Assembly: GCF_006345805.1 (NCBI RefSeq)
Contig: NW_021833584.1
Location: forward strand, 8,091 to 72,090
DNA: 64,000 nucleotides
Source of the DNA: Octopus sinensis
Taxonomy: Eukaryota
Reading direction: 5' to 3'
Notes under the pieces: model-generated
Told to the model about the DNA's origin: nothing
The model's database searches: none
Seen by the model: only the letters and a program-made list of their open reading frames with translations
Made by a program: the position numbers and the translations under genes
Shown here: positions 1-13,652 of the stretch, in pieces
Layout: each line of letters begins with the position of its first letter
Numbering within the stretch: the first letter of the stretch is position 1

Positions 1-164
1 GAAGCTACCTCACGACAGGAGACGCGGATGCGGGCAGCAGCATCGAACTCCCTGTTGATCAAGTGCCACGTATCAGAGGGGATTCACAAACTAGTGTGGC
101 TCATTCAGCGGTGGTGCCCCAGCATGGCCGCGGCCTTCGGGCTAAAACATTTTTAAGGATTTAA

Positions 165-165
<1 letters not shown>
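1..165 (+). mobile_element. 3' part of a SINE-like repeat
   Basis: Ends in ggtggtgccccagcatggccgcggccttcgggctaaaac, resembling the SINE-A tail (ggcggtgctccagcatggccgcagtcaaatgactgaaac) seen elsewhere in the window; runs into (TA)n. Confidence 0.5.
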
Positions 166-166
<1 letters not shown>

Positions 167-210
<44 letters not shown>

Positions 211-382
211 GTATAAGCGTGTGTACATATATACATACACACACATACATATATATAATTACATATATGTATATATGCATACATACATGCATACATAAAT
301 GTGTGTGTATACATGTAACATGTATGCATGCAAGTATTTCTAAAAACTGTATTCATATAAATGCATGTGCGTAACGTATATA

Positions 383-434
<52 letters not shown>

Positions 435-530
435 GTATGTATGTATATATGCACATATATATACATATATATATATACATATATATATATGCATATATAT
501 ATGTATATATATGTATATATATGTGCATAT

Positions 531-576
<46 letters not shown>

Positions 577-730
577 GCACATATATATACATATATATAT
601 ATATACATATATATACATATATATATGTTTATAGCATATATATATGTATATATATATATGTCTTTCTCTCTCTTTCTCTCTCTCCATATATATATACACA
701 CATACATACACACGCGCGTACACACATATA
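167..730. repeat. Compound (TA)n/(TATG)n/(CA)n microsatellite
   Basis: Visible directly; source of several spurious YI-repeat ORFs. Confidence 0.95.
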
Positions 731-1866
731 TGTATAACAAATATATCTGAATGTTTCTGTAACAATGGAGTTTATCTCAAATCACACACATGCGCACAAA
801 CTCTTATTCTCTCCCACATAAACACTCACTCGCACACACTCACACACAGCTGTATATCTGCGTCTATTCAAACACAAAGAACAAAATAATAAGAAATATT
901 TCAGAAATGACGTTACTCTATCAAAACTGATTTTCCATTGTCATTGTCATATTTTGGGTTAATCTCTGAGCAACATGGCGGACTTGATGTGACAAGATCA
1001 GCAGGTCACTGCACTAAAGTATATATAGGGCGGAAATTACTTTTGAGTTATACTTTTTGATTCATCCTGAACCGAGTTCAATCTGCACCGACCTCCACTT
1101 TATAACAATAAGTTCATTTATGCCAAAACAATTCTGTTTACCTCCAGCATCTAGTATACTCGGTGCTGTCCCAGGAATTTTTTGAAGGGAGGGCACAAGG
1201 TTAGAAGGGGATAAAAGGACGGAATAACATAACATAGAAGGGCGCACGTACCCTTCAGAACGGCCCACGACCTTGGGTCCGCCCTTGTATAGTATGTTGA
1301 CCGTTCACTTACTGGTTCTATAATTTTATATATGATTAAGTTCACTGATGAAGAGAAAATAATTTCGGGACAATTCAGCACTGCTCTTGTCCAGTAAAAT
1401 GTAAATAACCCTGTCAAAATTTGTCACAATGCTAGTAATTTTGATGCGAGTCTGAAAGGGATTTCATCAGACCCAGTGCGCAACTGGTACTTTTTTATGC
1501 GCGGCCAAATGTAACAGGTCAAGAAGACATCAGGAAATTTGAACGCAGGACGTAAAGCCGGAACAAATGTCGCTATACATTTTATATTCTTCATCGACAA
1601 ATTATTCGAAAACGGCGCCGAATTTATGGTGACCGAAAGATTGTCTCGTTTCTATTCCCTGCGACATGAGCTCCAATCCCTTTAAAGTAAACTTTAAGTT
1701 TAATCATCTTACTATTAATTGATATAGTGTCAATCGGATATTTTAACTCTTGTTAACCGATTCCGGTCTTTACAAAGATTCCGGTCTGTGTTCCAAAAGT
1801 GATGCTTGATTTTACTTTTATTCTTGACACTTTATTCTTGATACCTTTATTCAATAGACTTGATGT

Positions 1867-2254
1867 TGTGGAGGCACAATGACCCAGTGGTTAGGGCAGC
1901 GGACTCGCGGTCGTAGGATCACGGTTTCGATTCCCAGACCGGGCCTTGTGAGTGTTTATAGAGAGAAAACACCTAAAAGTTCCACGAGGCTCCGGTAGAA
2001 AGTGGTGACAAACCTTGCTGTACTCTTTCACCACAACTTCCTCTCACTCTTTCTTCTTGTTTCTGTTGTACCTATATTTCAAAGGGCCAGCCTTGTCACA
2101 CTCTGTGTAACGCTGAATCTCACCCGAGAACTACGTTAAGGGTACACGTATTAACGTGGAGTGCGCAACCACTTGCACGTTAATTTCACGAGAAGGCTGT
2201 TCCGTTGATCGTATCAACTGTAACCCTCGTCGTCTTAACCGACGGAGTACCACG
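1867..2254 (+). mobile_element. tRNA-headed SINE, family C
   Basis: A-box-like tgacccagtggttagg and B-box-like ggtttcgattccc; homologous copies at 20006, 21476 and 22046(-); flanked by near-TSD agacttgatgt (1856-1866) / agacttcatgt (2255-2265). Confidence 0.85.
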
Positions 2255-2734
2255 AGACTTCATGTATTTTTCTACAGGAATGAGGGACAACTTACACGAC
2301 ATCAACAACTGACTATTTGAGTATATTTTTTACTCACATGCAACAGTCACCTGCTCCTGTAGCCATCTGCTTATTCTGCTTCTAATGTTCAGAAATTGAA
2401 TATCAGATATGTTTATATTAATAGTATTCCTAGCGGTGCATATCCATTGAGTCTCAATTTGTTACGCTCCAGTTCATTGCTACGACATTGAGAGTTACAA
2501 ACTGCTACTTGTGTTAAATGGAATCGCTTTACATTGACATCAATTTGCGGCACGCTGGTATGTCATTCCAAACAGATTGAAAAACATTGCATTAGCACTT
2601 AACACTCTTTTCTACTCTGTGAAAAACATTTTCTATTTTCTTTGAAACGCCTTTTAAAAACGTTGTTTTGCTCTTATCCCAAACTCAAACAAAATCAGAA
2701 ATAAGATTTAGACAGTGACTGCATTATTTGTTCC

Positions 2735-3668
2735 TCATAGACTAGAAATAATTTGTTCCACTTTGTCCCTCGTAGACAACAAATAATTTGTCCCAATTTG
2801 TCCCTCAAAGACTACAAATAATTTGTCCCAATTTGTCCCTCATAGACTACAAATAATTTATCCCAATTTGTCTCTCAAAGACTACAAATAATTTGACCCA
2901 ATTTGCCCCTCATAGACTACAAATAATTTGTCCCAATTTGTCTCTCATAGACTACAAATAATTTATCCCAATTTGTCCCTCATAGACTACAAATAATTTG
3001 ACCCAATTTGCCCCTCATAGACTACAAATAATTTGACCCAATTTGCCCCTCATAGACTACAAATAATTTATCCCAATTTGTCCCTCATAGACTACAAATA
3101 ATTTGTCCCAATTTGTCCCTCATAGACTACAAATAATTTGTCCCTCATAGGCTGCAAATAATTTGACCCAATTTGCCCCTCATAGACTACAAATAATTTA
3201 TCCCAATTTGTCCCTCATAGACTACAAATAATTTGACCCAATTTGCCCCTCATAGACTACAAATAATTTATCCCAATTTGTCCCTCATAGACTACAAATA
3301 ATTTGACCCAATTTGCCCCTCATAGACTACAAATAATTTGACCCAATTTGCCCCTCATAGACTACAAATAATTTATCCCAATTTGCCCCTCATAGACTAC
3401 AAATAATTTATCCCAATTTGTCTCTCAAAGACTACAAATAATTTGTCCCAATTTGTCCCTCATAGACTACAAATAATTTGACCCAATTTGCCCCTCATAG
3501 ACTACAAATAATTTGACCCAATTTGCCCCTCATAGACTACAAATAATTTGTCCCAATTTGCCCCTCATAGACTACAAATAATTTATCCCAATTTGTCTCT
3601 CAAAGACTACAAATAATTTGACCCAATTTGTCCCTCATAGGCTGCAAATAATTTGACCCAATTTGTCC
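2735..3668. repeat. 35-bp minisatellite, about 26-27 units
   Basis: Head-to-tail units like catagactacaaataatttgacccaatttgcccct with a few recurrent variants; no spacers. Confidence 0.95.
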
Positions 3669-4144
3669 CAGCACACTTACTCATATTTTTCTGATTATAT
3701 GCGTTTTATTCAAAGAATGTTTCCATGTGTTCACTAATACTGATAGTAAGGGATAGAAAATTCCTACTTACAAAGAATCTACGCAGCTACAAAGCCCTGC
3801 TCCTAATTATTCGAGTACATTTATTACTTCAGTTTAAAATTATAGCAAGATCAACTTTTCTTTCTTCTCTGGTTTATGGTAAAATTAAACTGAAAAAAAA
3901 AAAAAATGCCTGAACATAGAGCAACGTAATTGATTAAATCGTTTCCGCCACAAGCAAGTGATAAAGAAAAGAAGCTGTCTTTTGATTATGGCGTAGAGCA
4001 TTATCCATTCCTAGCACACACAGACGCAGATACGGCAGTGTAATAAATTTTGCTTCGCTGTCGTCTGGTTTCCTCTTGATTCCTTTAGCTGAACGTCACC
4101 TTGTGCAAGTGTTTTGTTACTAGATTCCCGAGGTTGACTAATAT

Positions 4145-4311
4145 TGTGTGAAGTGTAGTAAGTAGCTTGCTTAGCAGCCACATGATTTCGGGTTCAGTTC
4201 CACTGCGTGGCAACTTGGGCGAGTGTCTTCTGCTATAGCCTCGGGCCTACCAAAGCCTTGTGAATGGATTTGGTAGACGGAAACTAAAAGAAGTCCGTCT
4301 TATATATATAC

Positions 4312-4351
<40 letters not shown>

Positions 4352-4595
4352 TGTGTGTGTGTGAGTGTGTGTGTGTGTGTGTATGTATATGCTTGTGTGT
4401 CTGGGTTTGTCTCCCAGCATCGCTTGAGAACAGATGCTTGTAGTGTTTATGTTCCCGTAACTTAGCTGTTCGGCAAGAGAGACCGATAGAATAAGTACTA
4501 GGCATACAAAGAATAAGTCCGAGTCGATTTGCTCGACTAAAGCGCTGCTCCAACATGGCCACACTCAAATGACTGAAACAAATAAAAGAAAAAAA
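4145..4595 (+). mobile_element. tRNA-headed SINE family A with internal (TA)/(TG) microsatellite
   Basis: Head gtagtaagtagcttgc...gggttcagttccac, CORE-like ttgggcgagtgtcttctgctatagcc, central (TA)n(TG)n, tail ...gctccaacatggccacactcaaatgactgaaacaa; homologous to other copies in the window. Confidence 0.85.
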
Positions 4596-4688
4596 TTGAC
4601 GTACAATGCGTAGAAGACTGAATATAATATATAATAATATATATATCCATATATATATACAATATATATATGTATTATATATTATATC

Positions 4689-4720
<32 letters not shown>

Positions 4721-5233
4721 ATTATATTATATATATATATATATATATATATTATTATATATATATATATATATATACATATTACATAACATCATACACA
4801 CACATAAATGAATACACACACAAACACACACATATATATTTGAAAATGATTGAAAATGTCTTTCAGATTATTTGTTCCATTTTAATAATTCAATATTTAC
4901 AAGTTTGTTCACTTATAAACCTCTAATTATTAAAGTGGGAAAATTATCTCTAAAAGTTATTTCTGTTCATTTTCTTCATATATATATAATACTGTATAAA
5001 AGATTTTCTTTTCCTTATTCTACTATACATAGGCGCAGGCGTGGCCAGGCGCTGGTGTGTCCATATGGTAAGACACCGATTCACAGAAAACAGAGAAATC
5101 CTAAATTTTACTCCTAAGCTATTAACGTGATGCTCGGTGCATATATATATATATTTTTTTTTTTTCTCTCTCTAGTTTCAGCTCATAGCTGCGGCCATGC
5201 TGAATGTAGAATATGTACACATATATATATATG

Positions 5234-5270
<37 letters not shown>

Positions 5271-6641
5271 TAATAAAAGGAATTCCAACCTTGTCTGATT
5301 TTCACGTTTTATTTACAATCTTATAATGATATAATACTAGATAATAGAATATAATAAAATATTAGAATGTTAAATGTTCATTCTGATTGAACTGGTACTT
5401 TCATGCTTAAATTCTGCAATCTTCAGGTTCATGTAGTAGTGGTGACAGTCATGCTTCACAATTTGACTGTAGCGAGATGATTAAATCTGTGCCTTAATAC
5501 AGGTGTGTGGGCTCCAGATTGCTAGGTGTTTTCAAACTGTATTCTGACCAATCAGTGTGTAGCATCACTCATTACTTAAGCTGATTGGTTTAGGCGTCAC
5601 GCTTTGTTGAACATGTCAAGAGTCCTGTATCTTAACCCTGGCCGAGGCAGCAATTGTTGGGCTTTTTAGAAATGTTGTAAGGGATTTTATATTTCAATTG
5701 TCATCATCATCATTGTCAGCACCTTAATTATTGTTGCTAGTGGTGATGGTGGTGGCAATAGAACTTTTAACCCTAAATAAGATAATTTTCCTGCTATCTT
5801 CATCTTGATCACCTTTGGTATTGTTGTTGTTGTTAGTGGTCATGGTCGTAGCAGTAGAAGTAGTACCTCTAAGTATTATTATTATTGCATATTTTAGCTT
5901 GGTTCGAATTTATCAATAAAATTATTTTCTCATGATTTTCCTCTCGATTCACTTGGGCTTGTGTAATTTTGTAGAATGGAAAAATTATATATATTTCGCG
6001 ACGCATGTTGCTAGGTGTTACTCAAAGGTATTTGACGGACCTCTGGGTCCCTAATCTGTTGTCGGTGTACACGTGAGCGTTCTGATAGTGCATTTCCCGT
6101 CTGACCTACATATATTCTTCACAATTTGGGCATTTGGTGCAGTAAATTAAATTTCTGCTTTTGCAGTTCATATTCGCGTTTTGTGAATATTTTCCCCGGT
6201 TTTTGTGTTTATATATTGGCCGGTGTGTATGATTGGCATGCCACATCGGCTATCATTGCATTGAGATACAGTAATATTTGGTCTTAGTTGCTAAGGTCAA
6301 ATTTTGCCTTTGTTAGTAATTTTTTCAAGGTTTTTAGGCTGTCGTTTACTAAGAACCATAGCTCGATCCGTGATTATATCTTTTAATTCATTACTTTGAG
6401 CAATGATTTGTAGTTTGCTTTGGCAATGCTGAAGATATTCTGGTGACATGGGTTGTGTGTCACTATGAATGGTATGACTTGTTCTGGTTTTCCTCTTCCT
6501 TGGTTGCCAAGTTGTTGTATGGGTATTTTTATAGCCCGCTGTATGCCATTTTCTATAAGTAGAGATGGGTATTTTGTTTGAGCAAAATTCTCTTAGTTCT
6601 GTTAGGCGTTTGTTCCTGATATTTGTATCTTCTACAATGGT

Positions 6642-6643
<2 letters not shown>
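5271..6643 (-). mobile_element. Penelope-like element, 5'-truncated: degraded linker + GIY-YIG endonuclease and downstream terminal repeat
   Basis: Manual minus-strand translation across frameshifts gives ...VIPFIVTHNP...SKRQPKNL...MNCKSRNLIYCTKCPNCEE.YVGQTGNALSERSRVHRQQIRDP..., a GIY-YIG signature typical of Penelope; hammerhead motif downstream; both ends abut (TA)n. Confidence 0.85.
5388..5431 (-). ncRNA. Minimal type-I hammerhead ribozyme motif (cleavage triplet mutated)
   Basis: UGAAC CUGAAGA UUGC-AGAAUUUAA-GCAU GAAA GUAC CA GUUCA: 5-bp stem I, intact CUGAAGA and GAAA; U16 appears changed to C. Confidence 0.7.
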
Positions 6644-6700
<57 letters not shown>

Positions 6701-6701
6701 A

Positions 6702-6745
<44 letters not shown>

Positions 6746-7249
6746 TAATATATATATCATTTATAATCTACGTGCAGATCGTATACGTGTGGTAATCGAG
6801 TATTCTATAAAAAAACGAAGTTTGAAAACGCTACTATATAAGATATATTTTAATTTTGTTAGTAATTTTACAGTTTTTCGGTTCTTCTTGAAAAAACGAA
6901 CCTTATCAAGAATATTTTTCAAGTTAAGTGTAATAAAATGTTCTAATTATTTCTTACTGGTCTCAACAGAATCCACGTGGTGGTTTTTTGTGGAGAGTAA
7001 GCATAATAGCTGTAAATTTAAAGTTAAATGTAATAAATTTACAACTATTATGCTTCCTCTCCACAAAACATTACCACGTAGATTCTGTTGAGACCAGTAA
7101 GAAACAATTATGAACATTTTTATTACACTTAACTTTTTAAAATATCTTTGATAAGGTTCGTTTTTTCAAGAAGAACCGGAACATGTAAATTTTCTAAGAA
7201 AATTAAGATTTATCTTATATAGTGACGTTTTCAAACTTCTTTTTTATAA

Positions 7250-7273
7250 ATATATATATGTATATATATATGT

Positions 7274-7352
<79 letters not shown>

Positions 7353-7365
7353 TAGATAGATAGAT

Positions 7366-7410
<45 letters not shown>

Positions 7411-7500
7411 AGGATAGATACATACATACATACATACATACATACATACATACATACATTCATACATACATACATATATACATACATACATACATACATA
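7250..7500. repeat. (GATA)n followed by (CATA)n microsatellite
   Basis: Visible directly. Confidence 0.95.
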
Positions 7501-8569
7501 AACCTGTGTGTATGTAAAAGTATGAATTTTCGTATATGCCCAACACTGTCTGACGACAGGCTCTCTTTGCTTTAGTCTCCGTTACTTAGCGGTTCGAATA
7601 TAGGATCCGATAGAAAGATATCATACTGACAACAAGAACTGAAGCCAATCTGTTTCACTGACACGACCAGGCACTGTTCAGGCATGGCGGCATTCCAATA
7701 ACTACAGCATGTAGAATACTAAAAAACATGATCGAATTGTCGTTACATATTTGGGTCAGAAAGTAAAGTTATCGAACACATCGTGGCAGGTCTATTACAG
7801 TATCGATTATGGAATAAAGTTCGATCGAAAATTTGACAACAGCGAAATTCGAAACTATAAACGAAAGATTTGTAACTAAATATTGCAACATATATTTGTT
7901 CGATGCCCTTGCGACTCTGTGAATCTGCGGTCACATATCGGTCGGCTGCATATAACTAAATCTGTAAATCACGGTCGCCATTTTGTCGAACATTCGATCA
8001 ACTCTCTCAGTCCACTAAACACATGTGAAGAAATCAGTATTAAACCAATATTCATAGCTTCTTAGAAGATATTTTAGACAAAACATGAATCATCCTAGGT
8101 TTCACTCATTTACCTTTTAAATATAAATTATTCAATAAATAGATAATTTTTTTTTTTCGATTTCTATAGAAGAGGGAAATTATAGAAAATTAGGAAAATT
8201 TTCTCAAAAAGAAAAAAAAATCGAATTCAAAGATATTCATCTTTAATCTCTTCCAAAGTATTAAGTTGTTTAATGTTACACTTTTGTCTAGTCAGTGTAA
8301 AATCAATATTTGTATAAAATTCATTGAATTAATAAAAAAAAAAAGAAAATATGCTACTAATATTATATTCATGAGATTTGTCTATGTTTTCACACTTTTT
8401 AGTTGGTGCAATGTATTGGCTTTAAAATGGAAGCAGCAGCCTCAAAGAGAAACAGAAAGATAAAGAGAGAGAGAGAGAGAGAGTTAGAGCGAAAGAAAAA
8501 CGAATTAACGAGGTGGGTTTTTTATCATATTATATATATATATATATATATATATACATACATACAAAT

Positions 8570-8609
<40 letters not shown>

Positions 8610-8861
8610 CACACATGCATATATATGTGTGTGTCTGATCTGTGTGTATGTAGTATATAGATATATATATATTATATGCATATATATGTGTGTGTCTGTA
8701 TGTATGTGTGTAGTATATATATATACATGTATGTTTGTATACACACACATATGCAATTGCATATAAATATACATATATTTCTATGTATATATTATATATA
8801 TACATGTATGTAAGAAGGCCCCTATGCATGTATACATATATACATATTTATTATTGCATGC

Positions 8862-8904
<43 letters not shown>

Positions 8905-9531
8905 TGCACATACACATTACTACAAACACGTGTGTACATGTATACATGTACATGTGTGTGTATGTGTGTGTGGATAGGTGTGGATGGCTGCATAAGATTT
9001 TTACTGGAATTTAAAAAGTTTCATTGTAAACAAAAAGCAAATGGAATCGTTACTCGGCGTGAAGCTTTACCGACTTTCAGCCGATCATTGAACAAATAAA
9101 ACATTATAAAAATAATTACCGGCAGCCATAATTATCAATCAGAGCAGCGATCGAACGCTTATTGGAGGAAATTTGCTCATAGATTTAAAAACAAGGTATC
9201 TGGTGAATGGATGATATAACTGTTAAAATATGTATAGATATATTTTTTTTTATTTTTGTGAATTTCGAATGAGATAAAACTATAAATAATAGCCTGTAAA
9301 TGATGAGTAAGACGACCTTTTTGTATGAGAAAGGGTTGAAGGCAGCTCGTGGGACTCGATCTCACAGCTCCAGGAAACTAGAGTTCTCTCACAGGAGCAA
9401 AACTGACCATCTAATATCTGTGTCCATTTTATAAGATTTATTCTTATTTTCTAGTTGATGTCATAACAAATTTTAAACTTCACTTGAATGGTGAATCTCG
9501 AAACGGATAGAGTTGTAAATAAAATTTAAAT

Positions 9532-9863
9532 AGGCGCAGGGGTGGCTGTGTGGTAAGTAGCTTGCTTACCAACCACATAGTCTTGGGTTCAGTCCCATCG
9601 CATGGTACCTTGGGCAAGTGTCTTCTACTATAGCCTCGAGCCGACCAAAGCGTTGTAAGTGGATTTCGTAGACGGAAACTGGAAGAAGCCTGCCGTATAT
9701 ATATATACGAAATCCACTTACAACGCTTTGGTCGGCTCGAGGCTATAGTAGAAGACACTTGCCCAAGGTACCACGCGATGGGACTGAACCCAGGACTATG
9801 TGGTTGGTAAGCAAGCTACTTACCACACAGCCACTCCTGCGCCTATTTAAATTTTATTTACAG

Positions 9864-9937
<74 letters not shown>

Positions 9938-10148
9938 ATGTTTGTGTGTCTGTTTGTGCCCCCAACATCGCTTGACAACAGATGGTGGTGTGGTTACCTC
10001 CCCGTAACCTAGCGGTTCGGCGAAAGAAACCGATAGAATAAGTAATAGGCTTACAAATAATAAGTCCTGAAGTCAATTTCTTCGACTAAAGGCGGTGCTC
10101 CAGCATGGCCCCAGTCAAATGACTGAAACAGGCAAAAGAGTAAAAGAG
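9532..10148 (+). mobile_element. SINE-A, full length, with an inverted duplication of its own head inside the central microsatellite
   Basis: Head 9532-9695, inverted copy 9706-9866, then microsatellite and normal SINE-A body and tail to gactgaaacaggcaaaagagtaaaagagt. Confidence 0.9.
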
Positions 10149-10489
10149 TGTAAAGATTGGTTTAACCATAATTTTAGGTCGAAAACGTCGAAGGATACCG
10201 GACGAACTCAGACTCACATCTCCAGTATACATGACATGAACAAATACACGCATGAATATATGAATTTAAAAATATTAAAACTAGAAAAAAGGAACAATAA
10301 AGTGGGAAGAAAAGAGATGTTGTGAAAGAGAAGAATAAGTGCAAGGAATAGTGGAGGAAGAATAAAAATCTATGAGCTTGTAAGTAAGTTCATGTATCTG
10401 TGTGCTTGAAATTAACTCAGGTACATGTAAAATTCCCTAAATTGTATATACTCGGATTTTTGCATGATGAAATTGTCAGAAATATTTAC

Positions 10490-10815
10490 TGTGTGTATGT
10501 ATGCATGCATGCATGTATGTATGTATGTATGTATGTATGCATGTATGCATGTATGTATGTATGTATGTATGTATGTATGTATGTATGTATGTATGCATGC
10601 ATGTATGTATGTATGTATGTATGCATGCATGCATGTATGTATGCATGTATGTATGCATGTATGTATGTATGTATGTATGTATGTATGTGTGCATGTATGA
10701 ATGTATGTATGTATGCATGCATATGTGTATGTATGTATGCATGTATGTATGTATGCATGTATGTATGTATGTATGTATGTATGTATGTATGTATGTATGT
10801 ATGTGTGCATGTATG
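10490..10815. repeat. (TATG)n/(CATG) microsatellite
   Basis: Visible directly. Confidence 0.95.
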
Positions 10816-11194
10816 TAACTATTTGGACTTTGGATATGTATCTATTAGTATGTCGATTACGGCACATTCACCGTTTTAATCGATTTTCTCGGTGCGTATG
10901 GGGGCTAGGGAAAAAATACAAACTGCATTCCAAAATATGCACCCGTCTGCACATGTGTGCCATTTTTTCATGCGAATCCACCCAGCCGTTTGGCTGTGAA
11001 CCTCAAGACAAGAAAGAATACAACGATCGCCCATGTCCAATTTATATTATAGATATATATCACACATACATACAACGCCGCAAACACAAGTACATGCAGA
11101 AGTATTATCGTATGTTTGCAGAAATGATTAAGAAGTTTATTGGCGGCCATCAGTAAATTTCTTTTAAACACATTTTCCTTCCGTTGTGTAGCAT

Positions 11195-11298
11195 TAGTAG
11201 TGGTGGTGGTGGTGGCGGTGGTGGTGGTGGTGGTGGTGGTGGTGGTGGTGGTGGTGGTGGTGGTGGTGGTGGTGGCGGTGGTGGTGGTGGTGGTGGCG

Positions 11299-11336
<38 letters not shown>

Positions 11337-11420
11337 GGTGGTGGTGGTAGTAGTAGTAATAGTAGTGGTGGCTGTGGTGGTTGTGATGGTAGTAGTAGTA
11401 GTAGTGGTAGTAGTAGTAGC

Positions 11421-11476
<56 letters not shown>

Positions 11477-11500
11477 TAGTAGTAACAGCAGTAGTAGTAG
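11195..11500. repeat. (GGT)n/(AGT)n trinucleotide tract
   Basis: Visible directly; gives spurious poly-G/V/S/P ORFs. Confidence 0.95.
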
Positions 11501-12836
11501 TAAAAGTCTATTAATTATGACAGTGATAAAATGAAATGAATGCGGATTCGCGAGTTGTTCTAATTGTGTTGAACAATAGGAGAAGTGAAAATGAAAAGGA
11601 GAATTAAATGGATAAATATATATATATATATATATATCTATATATATATATATATATATATATACGAAATTTAACCTATCGTTTACTAGCGAAGACATCC
11701 ACTGCTACCATTTCAGATTCCAATAGATATGCAAAATAAACACATTGATGAATGCGTATACATGCATTCATATATATATATATATATAATATATACATAC
11801 GACATATATACATACATACATACATACATATTATATATATGTATGTATATATGTGTGTATATATATATATGTATTTATGTATTTATGTATATAATATATG
11901 TATGTATGTATGTATATATTGTGTATATATATATGTATGTATGTATGGATGTATGTATATATATATGTGAATTATCCATATATCTATCTGTGTATATGTA
12001 TATATATTATGTGTATATACATATATATATGTATATGTATATATATATATGTATATGTTTATATATATATATGTATATGTATATGTATATATGTATATAT
12101 ATATAGGTATATGTGTATATATATATGTACACACACATATATATATATATATACGTATATATATATATATTTATGTATATGTATATATGTATATGTATAT
12201 ATATGTATATATATATATGTATGTATGTAAATGTACACATACACACACACACACACACACACTCATACACATAGCTATATTAAAACAAAGATTGGATTAT
12301 GTGGTATCATTTTAATCCTTGTGCTACACAGGTTTCCTCCTAAGACCGGCAAATATATTTGATAAATGTAAATATTGATATTATTAACAATCCTTTCTAC
12401 AATATATCGTTTCTATATTCTTAATAATATAGATATCATGTATTCATTATAGAAATATATACGTGTGTGTGCATGTTTGGGTGTGTTTGTGTCTGTGTGT
12501 GTTTAGGTGAATATGTAGGGCATCTCACAAACTGTAGATCTTCAGGCACGCATTCATTATGATATGGTTAAACACTTGCAAATCTTCTTTATGTACAATC
12601 AATGGAATTTAATAGAGGATACAGAGATAAAGCCAGAAAAAAGAAAGGAGAGGATGAATGGAGGCAATAATATAGAGAGAGAGTAAAAGAGAGAAGGAGG
12701 AAATAATCGATGAGAGTATGGTGTACAACGGAAGGAAAGCATGTTTCCAATATTGGTGCAGTTGACCTAACTTATATATGTATATATATAACTATATATA
12801 TATATAATAAGTATTTATTATATATATATATATATG

Positions 12837-12882
<46 letters not shown>

Positions 12883-13130
12883 TATATATATTGAATTTAA
12901 AAACATTAAAACCAGAAAAAGGAACCATAAAGTGGGAAGAAAGGATGTTGTGAAAGAGGAGAATAATTCAAGGAATAGTGGAGGAAGAATAAAAATCTAT
13001 GAGCTTGTAAGTAAGTTCATGTAACGGTGTGCTTGAAATTAACTCATATATATATATGTATGTCTGTATGTATATGGGAAAAAAAGGTCCAGATAGAAAA
13101 TGGTAAAATAATTTTATAAAAAGACATTTT

Positions 13131-13166
13131 CAGTACCGGTTTCAGTCATTGAGACTTTTTCAACTG
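13131..13166 (-). ncRNA. Minimal type-I hammerhead ribozyme motif, U3-A8 core variant
   Basis: CAG UUGAAAA AGUC-UCAAU-GACU GAAA CCGG UA CUG: stem I CAG/CUG, 4-bp stem II, palindromic stem III (ACCGGU), GUA triplet. Confidence 0.6.
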
Positions 13167-13198
13167 TAATTAATGAAAACAACTGAATTTTGGAAATT

Positions 13199-13258
<60 letters not shown>

Positions 13259-13439
13259 TATATATTATATATATATCTTATATATATATATCATACATAT
13301 ATATTATATACATAATATATATATATATACATATATATATATACATATATATATATGTATATACATATATATATATCTGTATATACATATATATATATGT
13401 ATTTATATATACATATATATATATGTATATATATGAATG

Positions 13440-13652
13440 CGTGTATTTGTGTACCCTTGATCCGCCAAACCATCGCTAGACTACCAATGTTAGTGTGTTT
13501 ACGTCCCTATAACTTAGAGGTTCGATAAAAAAGGCCGATAGAATAAGTACTAGGCTTACAAAGAATAAGTTCTGGGGTGAATTTTTTCGACTAAATGCGG
13601 TGCTCCAGCATGGCCGCAGTCAAATGACTGAAACAAGTAAAAGAGTAAAAGA
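13440..13652 (+). mobile_element. SINE-A 3' half
   Basis: ccgatagaataagtactaggcttacaaagaataag...gcggtgctccagcatggccgcagtcaaatgactgaaacaagtaaaagagt. Confidence 0.85.

Noticed and set aside
1027-1285. agggcgga...tccgccct as MITE TIRs
   Set aside because: Only 8 bp of inverted match and no clear TSD.
2270-2325. Strong-looking acceptor tttttctacag|G and possible short terminal exon
   Set aside because: A single motif without donor or homology support.
2735-3668. 35-bp array as a possible CRISPR
   Set aside because: Units are contiguous with no unique spacers, and the context is eukaryotic.
10095-10135. SINE-A tail hairpin agtc-aaat-gact followed by GAAAC resembling a hammerhead half
   Set aside because: No CUGANGA core upstream and no stem I; likely a LINE-recognition hairpin or coincidence.
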